64,000 nt of DNA. It comes from a virus. Location of the stretch: positions 119,843 through 183,842 of IMG/VR virus record IMGVR_UViG_3300009126_000404; one strand, 5' to 3'. Position 1 is the stretch's first letter, and each line of letters begins with the position of its first letter. The translations under genes were made by a program, and so were the position numbers. Positions 28,650-36,753 of this stretch are shown here, one piece after another. The notes beneath the pieces were generated by a model. It worked only from the letters and a program-made list of their open reading frames with translations, was not told where the DNA came from and did not search any database.

Positions 28650-28904
28650 TTAATAATTATATCCTGATGATGAATTGTTATTTCTTAGTTGTTCAAATAA
28701 ATCTTCATGCTGTTCGATAATCTCTTCATCTTTATCTTGCATATTGTCTATTTGGTCTTGTATTTTTTCAACGGCTCTTTCTAATTTATCAACTTTATCA
28801 TCAATAACTGCTTGAGTAGTTGATAAACTAAAGGTTTGAGTTAGATTCCAACCGCCTAACGCAATTAAAATACCTATCAATAACATTATTATCTGGTCTT
28901 TCAT
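28650..28904 (-). CDS. Small TM/coiled-coil protein
   Basis: ORF track 28650..28997; ATG 28904 is 5 nt after ATAAATA and avoids overlap with fdx. Confidence 0.7.
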   Translation of the reverse strand: MKDQIIMLLIGILIALGGWNLTQTFSLSTTQAVIDDKVDKLERAVEKIQDQIDNMQDKDEEIIEQHEDLFEQLRNNNSSSGYNY

Positions 28905-28947
28905 ATACTTATTTATGACATTTAGTATAACTGTCAATAGATAAATG

Positions 28948-29289
28948 TTAGGTACTTGTTTCTGATACTTGATTAAGGGTGTATTTTGGTATCTCAATCA
29001 CTAAATCTTCATCTAATATAACAGTTTGGCAGGAAAGTCTTGAATCAGGGTCAAGCCCCCAAGCCTTGTCTAAAAGATCATCTTCAAGTTCATCTGATTC
29101 TTCAACACTATCTAAACCTTTGCGAACATAAACATGACATGTCGTACACGCACAAGCCATTTCACAAGCATGTTCGATATTAATATTATTGGCTAGTAAG
29201 GCTCTACAAACACTAGTTCCAGAATCTGCTTCAATAACTTTTCCCTCTGGACAAAACTCTATATTGGGTAAAACAGTTATTTTTGGCAT
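28948..29289 (-). CDS. fdx: ISC-type [2Fe-2S] ferredoxin
   Basis: HACEMACACTTCHV, EDDLLDKAWGL, SRLSCQ. Confidence 0.93.
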   Translation of the reverse strand: MPKITVLPNIEFCPEGKVIEADSGTSVCRALLANNINIEHACEMACACTTCHVYVRKGLDSVEESDELEDDLLDKAWGLDPDSRLSCQTVILDEDLVIEIPKYTLNQVSETST

Positions 29290-29891
29290 TTATTGTTTAC
29301 AATAATATCAACAATTCCAGACCAATCGTTTGCCCTTTGAATACCGTTAGTTAATTCTTCATTCTCATTATGATTGTGTGTTAAAAGTATAGATTTTAAT
29401 CCTATTCTTGCTCCATCTTCAGCATTTTCTAGTTTATCTTCTATCCAATATGTTTCACTACCTACATATTCTGCTAATGCCTTATCTTTATGAGAACCTG
29501 TATCTAAACAAATTATTTCTTTAAATGTACCTTTCCCAAATATATTTTCTAAATTATATCTTCTTAATCTTATTGATTTTTTATCTAAACTTAAACTAGT
29601 TATACAATGAAACCTATATCCGTGTTCATATAGTTTTGCTACACCACTTCTAGCATCTCTATATGCTTTTAAATAACCAATCCATGCACTTTCGTTAAAA
29701 ATTTTAATTAGTTCTTTACCTACAGGCTTTTCCATTCCATACTGTTCACAAATATCATACATTCCATGTGCAACAAGAACATGACCATGCGATTCCATCC
29801 ACTTGTGGAAGGCAGTTTCCCAATCAAGCAATACACCATCACAGTCTGTTAGTATTATTTTATCAGACATTTTTATCTTTTTATCTATCAT
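29277..29891 (-). CDS. HAD-superfamily phosphatase/nucleotidase-like protein
   Basis: LTDCDGVLLDW; WIEDK. Confidence 0.8.
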   Translation of the reverse strand: MIDKKIKMSDKIILTDCDGVLLDWETAFHKWMESHGHVLVAHGMYDICEQYGMEKPVGKELIKIFNESAWIGYLKAYRDARSGVAKLYEHGYRFHCITSLSLDKKSIRLRRYNLENIFGKGTFKEIICLDTGSHKDKALAEYVGSETYWIEDKLENAEDGARIGLKSILLTHNHNENEELTNGIQRANDWSGIVDIIVNNKCQK

Positions 29892-30199
29892 AGTTTAGGC
29901 ATGTCTAGTAAATCTGCAAATTCTTTATGTTCCTTAGTGTCATACACACTCTTTCCTGGCCATCCACCAAATACACCAGTTTCCAAACTATTTTTAATCC
30001 ATTGTAAATGTATATCATTGTCTAGTGCTTCTTTTCTTTTAATTTTATGTAAATGTTCTGGTTCTATATTGTGCAGAGTAGTCATATCAAACATTTTAAT
30101 ATTAGGCATAAATTTCATTTTAACTAACATAGCTTCAGCATCATCTAATACAACGCAATCATGATAATCATTAATAATTATACTCCAAACTTTTTTCAT
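29888..30199 (-). CDS. Hypothetical protein
   Basis: ORF track; coupled overlaps. Confidence 0.7.
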   Translation of the reverse strand: MKKVWSIIINDYHDCVVLDDAEAMLVKMKFMPNIKMFDMTTLHNIEPEHLHKIKRKEALDNDIHLQWIKNSLETGVFGGWPGKSVYDTKEHKEFADLLDMPKL

Positions 30200-30639
30200 T
30201 AACGTCTCATTCTTGCAATTTCTACTGCCTCTTCTTTGTTATCTTCAAAAATAGGAACCATATTACTTTTATGCATTGTAGCAATCCCAAGTAATCTACG
30301 TTTACCAGTATATTTCATAGGTTCTTTACGTGTAGCAGTTCCACTAATATTATTACTAACACTTGGATATTGCTTAGTTTCTCTTACTTTTGGGGGTTGG
30401 TATGGGTTTCTATTTACTAATTGTTTTTCTGGTGCTTTATAGTCACCATTAATGTATTCTATATAATCTTCAAACTTATCAAACTGTGCCGCGTGTATAT
30501 GACGTTTACGACAATTTTTATTATGCTGTTTCCATTGTACTCTTAATTGCTCTTGTCTCTCCACAGTCATGTGTTTTTGTTTCCTTTTACGGCTATATTG
30601 TGTTGTGGTCATCCAAGGACCTACTAGATGCATTGACAT
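30199..30639 (-). CDS. Hypothetical phage protein (GIATMHKSNMVPIF motif)
   Basis: ORF track; upstream TTGACA-N17-TATTCT with ATG 6 nt later. Confidence 0.75.
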   Translation of the reverse strand: MSMHLVGPWMTTTQYSRKRKQKHMTVERQEQLRVQWKQHNKNCRKRHIHAAQFDKFEDYIEYINGDYKAPEKQLVNRNPYQPPKVRETKQYPSVSNNISGTATRKEPMKYTGKRRLLGIATMHKSNMVPIFEDNKEEAVEIARMRR

Positions 30640-30663
30640 ATGTATAGAATAACAGAAAATATG

Positions 30664-31902
30664 TTATTTGTCAACCAAGTTAGAGCCGTAAACTAGTTCA
30701 CCTAATTTCTCATTATAGTCATACAAATACATTCCTCTAAACTTATCTTGCTCTTTAGTAATATTTTTAAAAGATTGTAAATGAGAATCCGATGCATTTA
30801 TTGCCCGTCTCATGTCCGGCAATGATTCTATAAGAAATCTAGTTTCCTTAGTTGAGGCATATTTTGCCTCAAGTTTATCACATATAGCATATGCTTCTTT
30901 TTTAAAATTATCTGGTAAGTTTCCTACTCTAAAATAACTTGGAAATACAAGCAATCGTATATTACTCTCCATTTCGTGATCAGCTATAAAGTCTACAAAG
31001 TCAAGCATATTATCATAGTTAAATATTTGATAACTACTATTAATTTGAACTTTGAACCAATCTTTGTTAATTGCTTGATATAAGTACAGCTTTTTACATG
31101 TTTCTTCCATTTGGCTCCATGTAAACACTCCATTGCTTCTCATATATTCAAACATAGAGCCAACAGCATCAATACTAATATCTAAAACAAGTCTTTTAAG
31201 TTTATTAAACTTATCTAGTTTCTCAAAATCTAATTTTGATCCATTTGTTGTGATAACTATTTTAACTTTTTCTGGATGCCCGTATTCTTCAATAAGTTCC
31301 ATTAACTTATATGGGCTGTCGTCCATAAACGGTTCGCCACCTGTCATCCATATTTGTCTTATACCATCAAGTACACTTGGATTTGCTTCTAAATATTCAT
31401 TAATATTATTAAAATTTTTCTGATGTTGCTCTGGGACTTTTTTATATTCTTCAGGAAACAATGGATACATATGTTTCGCTTCAGGAATTAGACTGTTACT
31501 GTAGTTTGCACTACACATCCTGCATTTAAAATTACATACGTTACTAAAGTTAACAAACAGATGACTTATATTATTTCCACGTAACTTTGGATTAGTATAT
31601 GGTTCTGGATGGCCTAATGTGTCCATCATACTTTGTCCTAACCAATGTATTCTTTGACTCTTAGTACCAATTTTTTCTTTTTGCAAACAATGACTACAAC
31701 CTTGTGTGTCCCATTCCCCATCAAGCATTTGCTGTCTAAGTGCGACCATTTTATCACTTTCGTGACTGGCTCCCATGTCATCATCACTCATCATACATCT
31801 GCTCACAACTCCAGATGGATGCCAACTTATTGTATTAAAAGGTATTGGGCACCAACTTTTACTGTGTAAGTTCTTCCACGTACTGTCTTCTTTGAATTTA
31901 AT
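30664..31902 (-). CDS. Radical SAM enzyme with N-terminal twitch-like Cys cluster; probable ATT start
   Basis: CNFKCRMC, GGEPF. ORF track starts at GTG 31806, but the frame is open to 31917 and includes conserved WCPIPF...SRC; AGGAG lies 7 nt before ATT 31902. Confidence 0.85.
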   Translation of the reverse strand: MKFKEDSTWKNLHSKSWCPIPFNTISWHPSGVVSRCMMSDDDMGASHESDKMVALRQQMLDGEWDTQGCSHCLQKEKIGTKSQRIHWLGQSMMDTLGHPEPYTNPKLRGNNISHLFVNFSNVCNFKCRMCSANYSNSLIPEAKHMYPLFPEEYKKVPEQHQKNFNNINEYLEANPSVLDGIRQIWMTGGEPFMDDSPYKLMELIEEYGHPEKVKIVITTNGSKLDFEKLDKFNKLKRLVLDISIDAVGSMFEYMRSNGVFTWSQMEETCKKLYLYQAINKDWFKVQINSSYQIFNYDNMLDFVDFIADHEMESNIRLLVFPSYFRVGNLPDNFKKEAYAICDKLEAKYASTKETRFLIESLPDMRRAINASDSHLQSFKNITKEQDKFRGMYLYDYNEKLGELVYGSNLVDK

Positions 31903-31912
31903 GCCTATTCTC

Positions 31913-32365
31913 CTACATTAATTCAAAGTGTGGTGCGTCTATAAAAGGCCTACGACCTTGTGATCTACGAAGATCGATATATTCATTCATGGCTTCAGCC
32001 ATAGTTCCATCAAACTCCCTAATATCACCAACACTCCAAGCCGCTCCCCATTTGACTGCAACGTCATATTCAAGAGCCGCTTTTTTTATAGAATCAGCCA
32101 CATCATCATAAAGATTTAATTCCCATGATATTGACGGGCCTACAAAAGCCACAAGATCTACAGCACGACCTTCAAGGTGTTTTGACTTTAATGTTTGAGA
32201 TTTACCTGCTTCAACATATTTCTTTTGTGTTTCTAATGTTCTTACTCCCTCAATAACACCAAAGTCAACTCGTGTAAGTTCTATTGCTTTTTTTACTACT
32301 TGAATCAAATTGGGGTCAACACCTTCCAATCTAGATTCACTTCTATTACTTAATTTAAAAGCCAT
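31913..32365 (-). CDS. Endolysin, peptidase M15 (L-Ala-D-Glu peptidase-like)
   Basis: R...SKHLEGRAVDL...DAPHFEL zinc-peptidase motifs. Confidence 0.88.
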   Translation of the reverse strand: MAFKLSNRSESRLEGVDPNLIQVVKKAIELTRVDFGVIEGVRTLETQKKYVEAGKSQTLKSKHLEGRAVDLVAFVGPSISWELNLYDDVADSIKKAALEYDVAVKWGAAWSVGDIREFDGTMAEAMNEYIDLRRSQGRRPFIDAPHFELM

Positions 32366-32370
32366 TATTT

Positions 32371-32526
32371 TTATTCACTTTTCATTAGTGTCCAGACACC
32401 GTATGCCATTAGTGCCCAAGCAATTGGGGTTACTGGTGCAATCCACATAAGTAGGCCAGCACCTATTAGTGCTACGCCATCCCATGATGTACGTTCAGTT
32501 AGTCTGTCTTTAATCCAATCAATCAT
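32371..32526 (-). CDS. 51-aa two-TM protein, possible holin
   Basis: Hand translation MIDWIKDRLTERTSWDGVALIGAGLLMWIAPVTPIAWALMAYGVWTLMKSE; AAGGAG SD; directly upstream of endolysin. Confidence 0.6.
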   Translation of the reverse strand: MIDWIKDRLTERTSWDGVALIGAGLLMWIAPVTPIAWALMAYGVWTLMKSE

Positions 32527-32550
32527 ATTGATCTCCTTTTCTGTAATCTA

Positions 32551-32587
32551 GCGCCTTAACAATGTATATATTACAATCTTAAGGCGC
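32551..32587 (-). terminator. 9-bp inverted repeat GCGCCTTAA/TTAAGGCGC with no U-tract: terminator-like or processing hairpin
   Basis: Direct inspection. Confidence 0.45.
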
Positions 32588-32615
32588 CAGTAATTTTAGT
32601 AAAATGGATTGTAGT

Positions 32616-32861
32616 CTACTTCTTTACAAGAAGTGCCCATAAAATGCCCACCGTGATTAGGCCGATAATGCCTTGTGATCCCAGGTCAGCAATAATAGCC
32701 GAGATGTTATTAATAACACCTAAAGATAGAAATGGCACGGTAGAACCGAATACCACTTCTAGGGCTATGCTTAGTCCGATTAGACTAATTGCAACTGTTT
32801 GTACAGAAGCAATAGTATCAGTAATAGTTTTAAACATATATATGTTCCCTTTCACTGTCAT
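32616..32861 (-). CDS. Small membrane protein
   Basis: Two hydrophobic segments; probable start at MFKTI. Confidence 0.7.
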   Translation of the reverse strand: MTVKGNIYMFKTITDTIASVQTVAISLIGLSIALEVVFGSTVPFLSLGVINNISAIIADLGSQGIIGLITVGILWALLVKK

Positions 32862-32987
32862 AGCAAAATATGAAAGTCAATCTAAAACCATTCAGATGAC
32901 TGCTACTCATTTCACTATACTGTATTTAGTGTATACTAGAAATTCATTTATGTCAAGAATTAATTGCACCACTATATACAGTACCTT

Positions 32988-33188
32988 TTATAAAATTCCG
33001 GTAGTTTTTATATGATTTAATGGTAATGCTTTTCCGTCTTTATCCACAACCAGTACTCCATCTATGGTTCCACTCATATATTGCTTACCATTTGATGAAA
33101 CATACATACAAGGTTTTAACTCTATTCCATTAATAGTACGTTTATAGTTGTGTGGTCTCGGTGTTTTTGATGGTGCTTTGTATCCCAT
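32988..33188 (-). CDS. Small hypothetical protein
   Basis: ORF track. Confidence 0.65.
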   Translation of the reverse strand: MGYKAPSKTPRPHNYKRTINGIELKPCMYVSSNGKQYMSGTIDGVLVVDKDGKALPLNHIKTTGIL

Positions 33189-33219
33189 AGATATCCTTTT
33201 GATATCTATTTACCATCTT

Positions 33220-33543
33220 TTAGATTTGAACCGGGTCTTTTGCAGTTACAAGGAACATTTTGAGCATAATTCCATTAACATTTTCATGCGTCAGATACCC
33301 GTCTACGCAATCGCCTTCTTTTGTAATACCAGGCAGTTCTACCATTTTTTCGTCTTCAGTAGCATAATCTTGGAATACGCCAACCTCATATAGTCCTGAT
33401 TTACCACCGTATGACATTTCATTACAGATAATGCTTAGTTGATATTTGCCAAAATCAAGAATTGCTTGTTTGCCTTTATGACCTCGGCCTTGGTCTTTCA
33501 TTTTTACATCTTTAAAACGCATAATTGGACTCTCAAATTCCAT
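33220..33543 (-). CDS. Hypothetical phage protein (SYGG..GLYEV motif)
   Basis: ORF track. Confidence 0.7.
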   Translation of the reverse strand: MEFESPIMRFKDVKMKDQGRGHKGKQAILDFGKYQLSIICNEMSYGGKSGLYEVGVFQDYATEDEKMVELPGITKEGDCVDGYLTHENVNGIMLKMFLVTAKDPVQI

Positions 33544-33732
33544 TTACTTTAGTGGTAGTTCCATTTGACTTTCTAATACAATTAGTTGTTTTTCAAGTTC
33601 TTCTATATAATTTTCTAATGTATCTATAGTAGTATAGAGGTGTCCAGTGTCATGTTCTTGAATACGACTACGAAACACCTCTGCTAATTCTCGGCACATG
33701 TCTATTGTATGTGTTATTTCACTAAACTTCAT
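33544..33732 (-). CDS. Small coiled-coil hypothetical protein
   Basis: ORF track; coupled overlaps. Confidence 0.65.
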   Translation of the reverse strand: MKFSEITHTIDMCRELAEVFRSRIQEHDTGHLYTTIDTLENYIEELEKQLIVLESQMELPLK

Positions 33733-33959
33733 TTAAAAAATTTCTCAAACTCTTCTGTTGCTTTTTGTTTTGCCTTGCTTTGTGCTTTAACTTGTTCTTC
33801 GGTATACATAGGTGTTTTGACCGTATTTACATAGTCAATTTCTTCAAGAATCTCAATACGTTCCTTAACTTTTTTAAGTGCCATACGGATTTCTTGGCTG
33901 TTTTCTTCTTTATTCATTTCTTCTTTAATAATTTCCACAATTTGCCTACTACTAATCAT
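33729..33959 (-). CDS. Small hypothetical protein
   Basis: ORF track; TTGACA-N18-TATAGT upstream. Confidence 0.65.
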   Translation of the reverse strand: MISSRQIVEIIKEEMNKEENSQEIRMALKKVKERIEILEEIDYVNTVKTPMYTEEQVKAQSKAKQKATEEFEKFFK

Positions 33960-34145
33960 ATCCGTTCTTCCTGTTAGTGTTACTACTATAACACGATAGT
34001 TGTATTTCTGTCAACTATTTTATCTATTATTATATTGTTTAGTCAATACAACAAATAGTAATCTACTTTGTTAACGAAATCCAATAACAATGTGTACATT
34101 ATACAACAAACACACATTAAAGTCAATACTTTAATTAAATTTATC

Positions 34146-34222
34146 TGGCGGGCCTGAAGAGATTCGAACTCCTGACCTCCTGTTCCGTAGACAGGCGCTC
34201 TATCCAACTGAGCTACAGGCCC
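34146..34222 (-). tRNA. tRNA-Arg(ACG), CCA encoded
   Basis: GGGCCTG acceptor; CCTGT-CTACGGA-ACAGG anticodon arm; TTCGAAT T-loop. Confidence 0.95.
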
Positions 34223-34260
34223 ATTTATATATTAGCAGATAGTAGTGATATGTCAACCAC

Positions 34261-34290
34261 AAAAAAAGGCCAGCATAAAGCTGACCCTTT
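34261..34290 (-). terminator. Rho-independent terminator
   Basis: GGTCAGC-TTTAT-GCTGGCC followed by T7. Confidence 0.8.
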
Positions 34291-34314
34291 AATTTTTGAT
34301 CTAAATTAAATCAA

Positions 34315-34902
34315 TTAAAATTGAACTGTTATTCCAAATCCTAATTCTGTATCAGTTGATTCCCAATCATTGTTTAATGATTTAGTTAATTTTGCTGATA
34401 ATGAAGTAGATTCAGTTAACGCCAATGATGTACCAATATTAATATGTGGTGCATCTTTGCTTATATCAAAATAATCTCCTTCTGTAGATTTTAGTCTATA
34501 GCCAACTTCAGCATAAGGTTTTATAAGACCTAAGTCAATATTTGCACCTGCTGAAGGTGTCCAATGAATCTCAGATTTAGCAAATGTATCACCCCAATTA
34601 TACTCAACTTCACCGTCTACATATCCTGTAATACGACCTACTGGTATATCAAGAGTTTTACCGGCCGCAAGTCTATAATCACGGTTAGTGCCGTTATCAG
34701 TTAGTCCTGCTCCAATATCCAACACTTTGCCTATTGAATATACATCTAATGATCTAGATGTATCGTTTGTTGATAATTCATACCCAATATGAGTACTCTC
34801 AACAGCAGTTGAGATAGAAGTATTATCAAAATTTGCGGCGTTGGCCACACTAGCTAGAGCGACAGCAAATGCCGCCGAAATGATAGTCTTTAGCTTTTTC
34901 AT
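34315..34902 (-). CDS. Outer-membrane beta-barrel protein (porin/OmpW-like size)
   Basis: Signal peptide MKKLKTIISAAFAVALASVANA; alternating beta strands; C-terminal Phe (GFGITVQF). Confidence 0.75.
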   Translation of the reverse strand: MKKLKTIISAAFAVALASVANAANFDNTSISTAVESTHIGYELSTNDTSRSLDVYSIGKVLDIGAGLTDNGTNRDYRLAAGKTLDIPVGRITGYVDGEVEYNWGDTFAKSEIHWTPSAGANIDLGLIKPYAEVGYRLKSTEGDYFDISKDAPHINIGTSLALTESTSLSAKLTKSLNNDWESTDTELGFGITVQF

Positions 34903-34973
34903 ATATTTTTCCTTTTTTTGAAATATCAAGTGTGTGTTTTGTGTGTGATTATATTGCTACGTGCTTTATAATA

Positions 34974-35336
34974 TAGTAAGTTGATTCTGTTGCCAGGCTC
35001 AACTTACAAAACCCCTACATACCTAAATTAGGCTGCCATTGCCATTTCTGGCTCATAATTGTTATTTGCAATTATAAATTTCTTCGCGGTAACGGCGCTT
35101 AGATCCCGACAACTCCACTAAACCTATTAAATACCAGTCGAACCTATTTCAGCCCCATCAAAAACACTTTACAAGCAGTGACTTTACTTATCCTGTCTAT
35201 TACTACGGCGTTTCGCCATTTGTACATTGTAGTAACTCTGTCCTTTATGTGTTGTCTCATCTATAAAGTGTTTTTGGTGGAGCTGCTCGGTACCGCCCCG
35301 AGGTCCTGAATATCGTTGAGTTCGTTTCAACATTGC
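34974..35336 (-). ncRNA. ssrA: Circularly permuted two-piece tmRNA; tag ANNNYEPEMAMAA at 35069..35028
   Basis: Acceptor piece ends CTCGG-GGCGGTA-CCGAG-CAGCTCC-ACCA (3' end 35275). Coding piece starts GGGGCTGAAATAGGTTCGAC at 35156. The 7-bp acceptor stem has G3:U70. ATAATT-GCA resume context; 3' hairpin GTAAGTTGA/TCAACTTAC. Outer ends approximate. Confidence 0.9.
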
Positions 35337-35360
35337 TCTTTTATTTATGATAACACAAAA

Positions 35361-35777
35361 CTAGTGTATGTCAACCGGTTTAGCGTTTATTTGTGCAGGT
35401 TCTAGGGTTTTTTTCTGGTAATCAGCTATTGCGGCCTTAATTGAGTCTTCCGCAAGTACACTACAATGAATTTTAACTGGTGGTAAAGCAAGTTGCTCTA
35501 CAATATCTGTATTCTTAATCTTTTTTGCTTCATCTAGTGTTTTACCTATGAGAACGGTAGTAACCATACTAGATGCCGCTATTGCTGAGCCACAACCGTA
35601 TGTTTTAAACTTTACATCTTCAATTATATCATCTTTAACTTTAATTTGTAGTTTCATAACGTCACCACAAGATGGTGCACCAACCATTCCGGTTCCTACA
35701 TCTACATCTTTAATGTCCATTTTACCTACATTTCGTGGGTTTTCGTAATGGTCTAAAACTTTCTTTGAATATGCCAT
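35361..35777 (-). CDS. iscU: Fe-S cluster scaffold IscU
   Basis: YSKKVLDHYENPRNVG, APSCGD, KTYGCG, LPPVKIHC. Confidence 0.95.
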   Translation of the reverse strand: MAYSKKVLDHYENPRNVGKMDIKDVDVGTGMVGAPSCGDVMKLQIKVKDDIIEDVKFKTYGCGSAIAASSMVTTVLIGKTLDEAKKIKNTDIVEQLALPPVKIHCSVLAEDSIKAAIADYQKKTLEPAQINAKPVDIH

Positions 35778-35809
35778 ATTTTCTCCTATCCTATACGAAT
35801 AGTATTTAT

Positions 35810-36343
35810 CTAGATTGATGCAAAGACGTTGTCGGGTGTAGTTACAATATATGGATCTGGGTCTTTTTCTGAACTATCTGGCTCTACAAACATTTTTTCA
35901 ATTACGCCATTGTTTACAATCATTGCATAACGTCTACTACGCATATTAAAACCTACAACTGACATGTCAATTAACATACCCATTTCTTTAGTAAATTCAC
36001 CATTTCCATCTGGGATTACTTTAACATTCTTAAGTTTATTGGCATCACGCCATGTATTCATAACAAATGAGTCATTTACACTAATACAATATATGTCATT
36101 TATTCCATTAGCATAAAAATTTGGTGCTTTTGCTTCAAATCCTGGTAACTGATAAGTAGAACAAGTAGGTGTAAACGCCCCTGGTAAACTAAACACTACA
36201 ACTTTTTTATTTAAAAAAATTTCATCTGTTGTAAGATCTGCCCATGTTGATGGCAACATCTCACATGAATTAGGTTCAGCTGAATTACTTGGAACTCTAA
36301 CTTTGAATGTAACTGATGGAACAGTACTATTTTCTTTTGTCAT
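35810..36343 (-). CDS. Peroxiredoxin (Prx5-like)
   Basis: LPGAFTPTCS, SVNDSFVM, RSRRYAM; TTGACA-N17-TATAAT upstream. Confidence 0.92.
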   Translation of the reverse strand: MTKENSTVPSVTFKVRVPSNSAEPNSCEMLPSTWADLTTDEIFLNKKVVVFSLPGAFTPTCSTYQLPGFEAKAPNFYANGINDIYCISVNDSFVMNTWRDANKLKNVKVIPDGNGEFTKEMGMLIDMSVVGFNMRSRRYAMIVNNGVIEKMFVEPDSSEKDPDPYIVTTPDNVFASI

Positions 36344-36424
36344 TACTATATCCTTTCTATTAATTATGTATATTATATGCTAAATCATCACGTTTGTCAA
36401 GTATTTTGAATAAATAGTTATATT

Positions 36425-36745
36425 ATGCTAGAACAACAAACACTCCAATTTCAACAATTTATAGAACCATTAATAGGTTTAGGTATTACTGCGGTAGTAG
36501 TATTGTGGCTTAAAGAAGCTGTAGGTGACATTGTAGCCAGTATACGTTGGAAAATGAAACCAGGTTTTGAACCAGGTGACGAAGTATATTTAGACAGTGA
36601 AAGAGCAACAATTATTAGTATAGGATGGAGAGAGACCATATTTGAGATAGATAATGGTAGAGGTAAAGTATGGAGATACATTTACAATAAACGAATGCCT
36701 ATACATAAACTAGAGAAAGTAATTGTTGATAAAAAGACAAAATAA
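36425..36745 (+). CDS. Truncated MscS-like protein (one TM plus beta-domain)
   Basis: FEPGDEVYLDSERATIISIGWRET resembles the MscS middle domain. Confidence 0.6.
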   Translation: MLEQQTLQFQQFIEPLIGLGITAVVVLWLKEAVGDIVASIRWKMKPGFEPGDEVYLDSERATIISIGWRETIFEIDNGRGKVWRYIYNKRMPIHKLEKVIVDKKTK

Positions 36746-36753
36746 ACTAGTAT

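Noticed and set aside
35199-35213. 15-nt reverse-complement match between the tmRNA intervening segment and the terminator at 60561..60575
   Set aside because: A few 15-mer matches are expected by chance within 64 kb on both strands; no further support.
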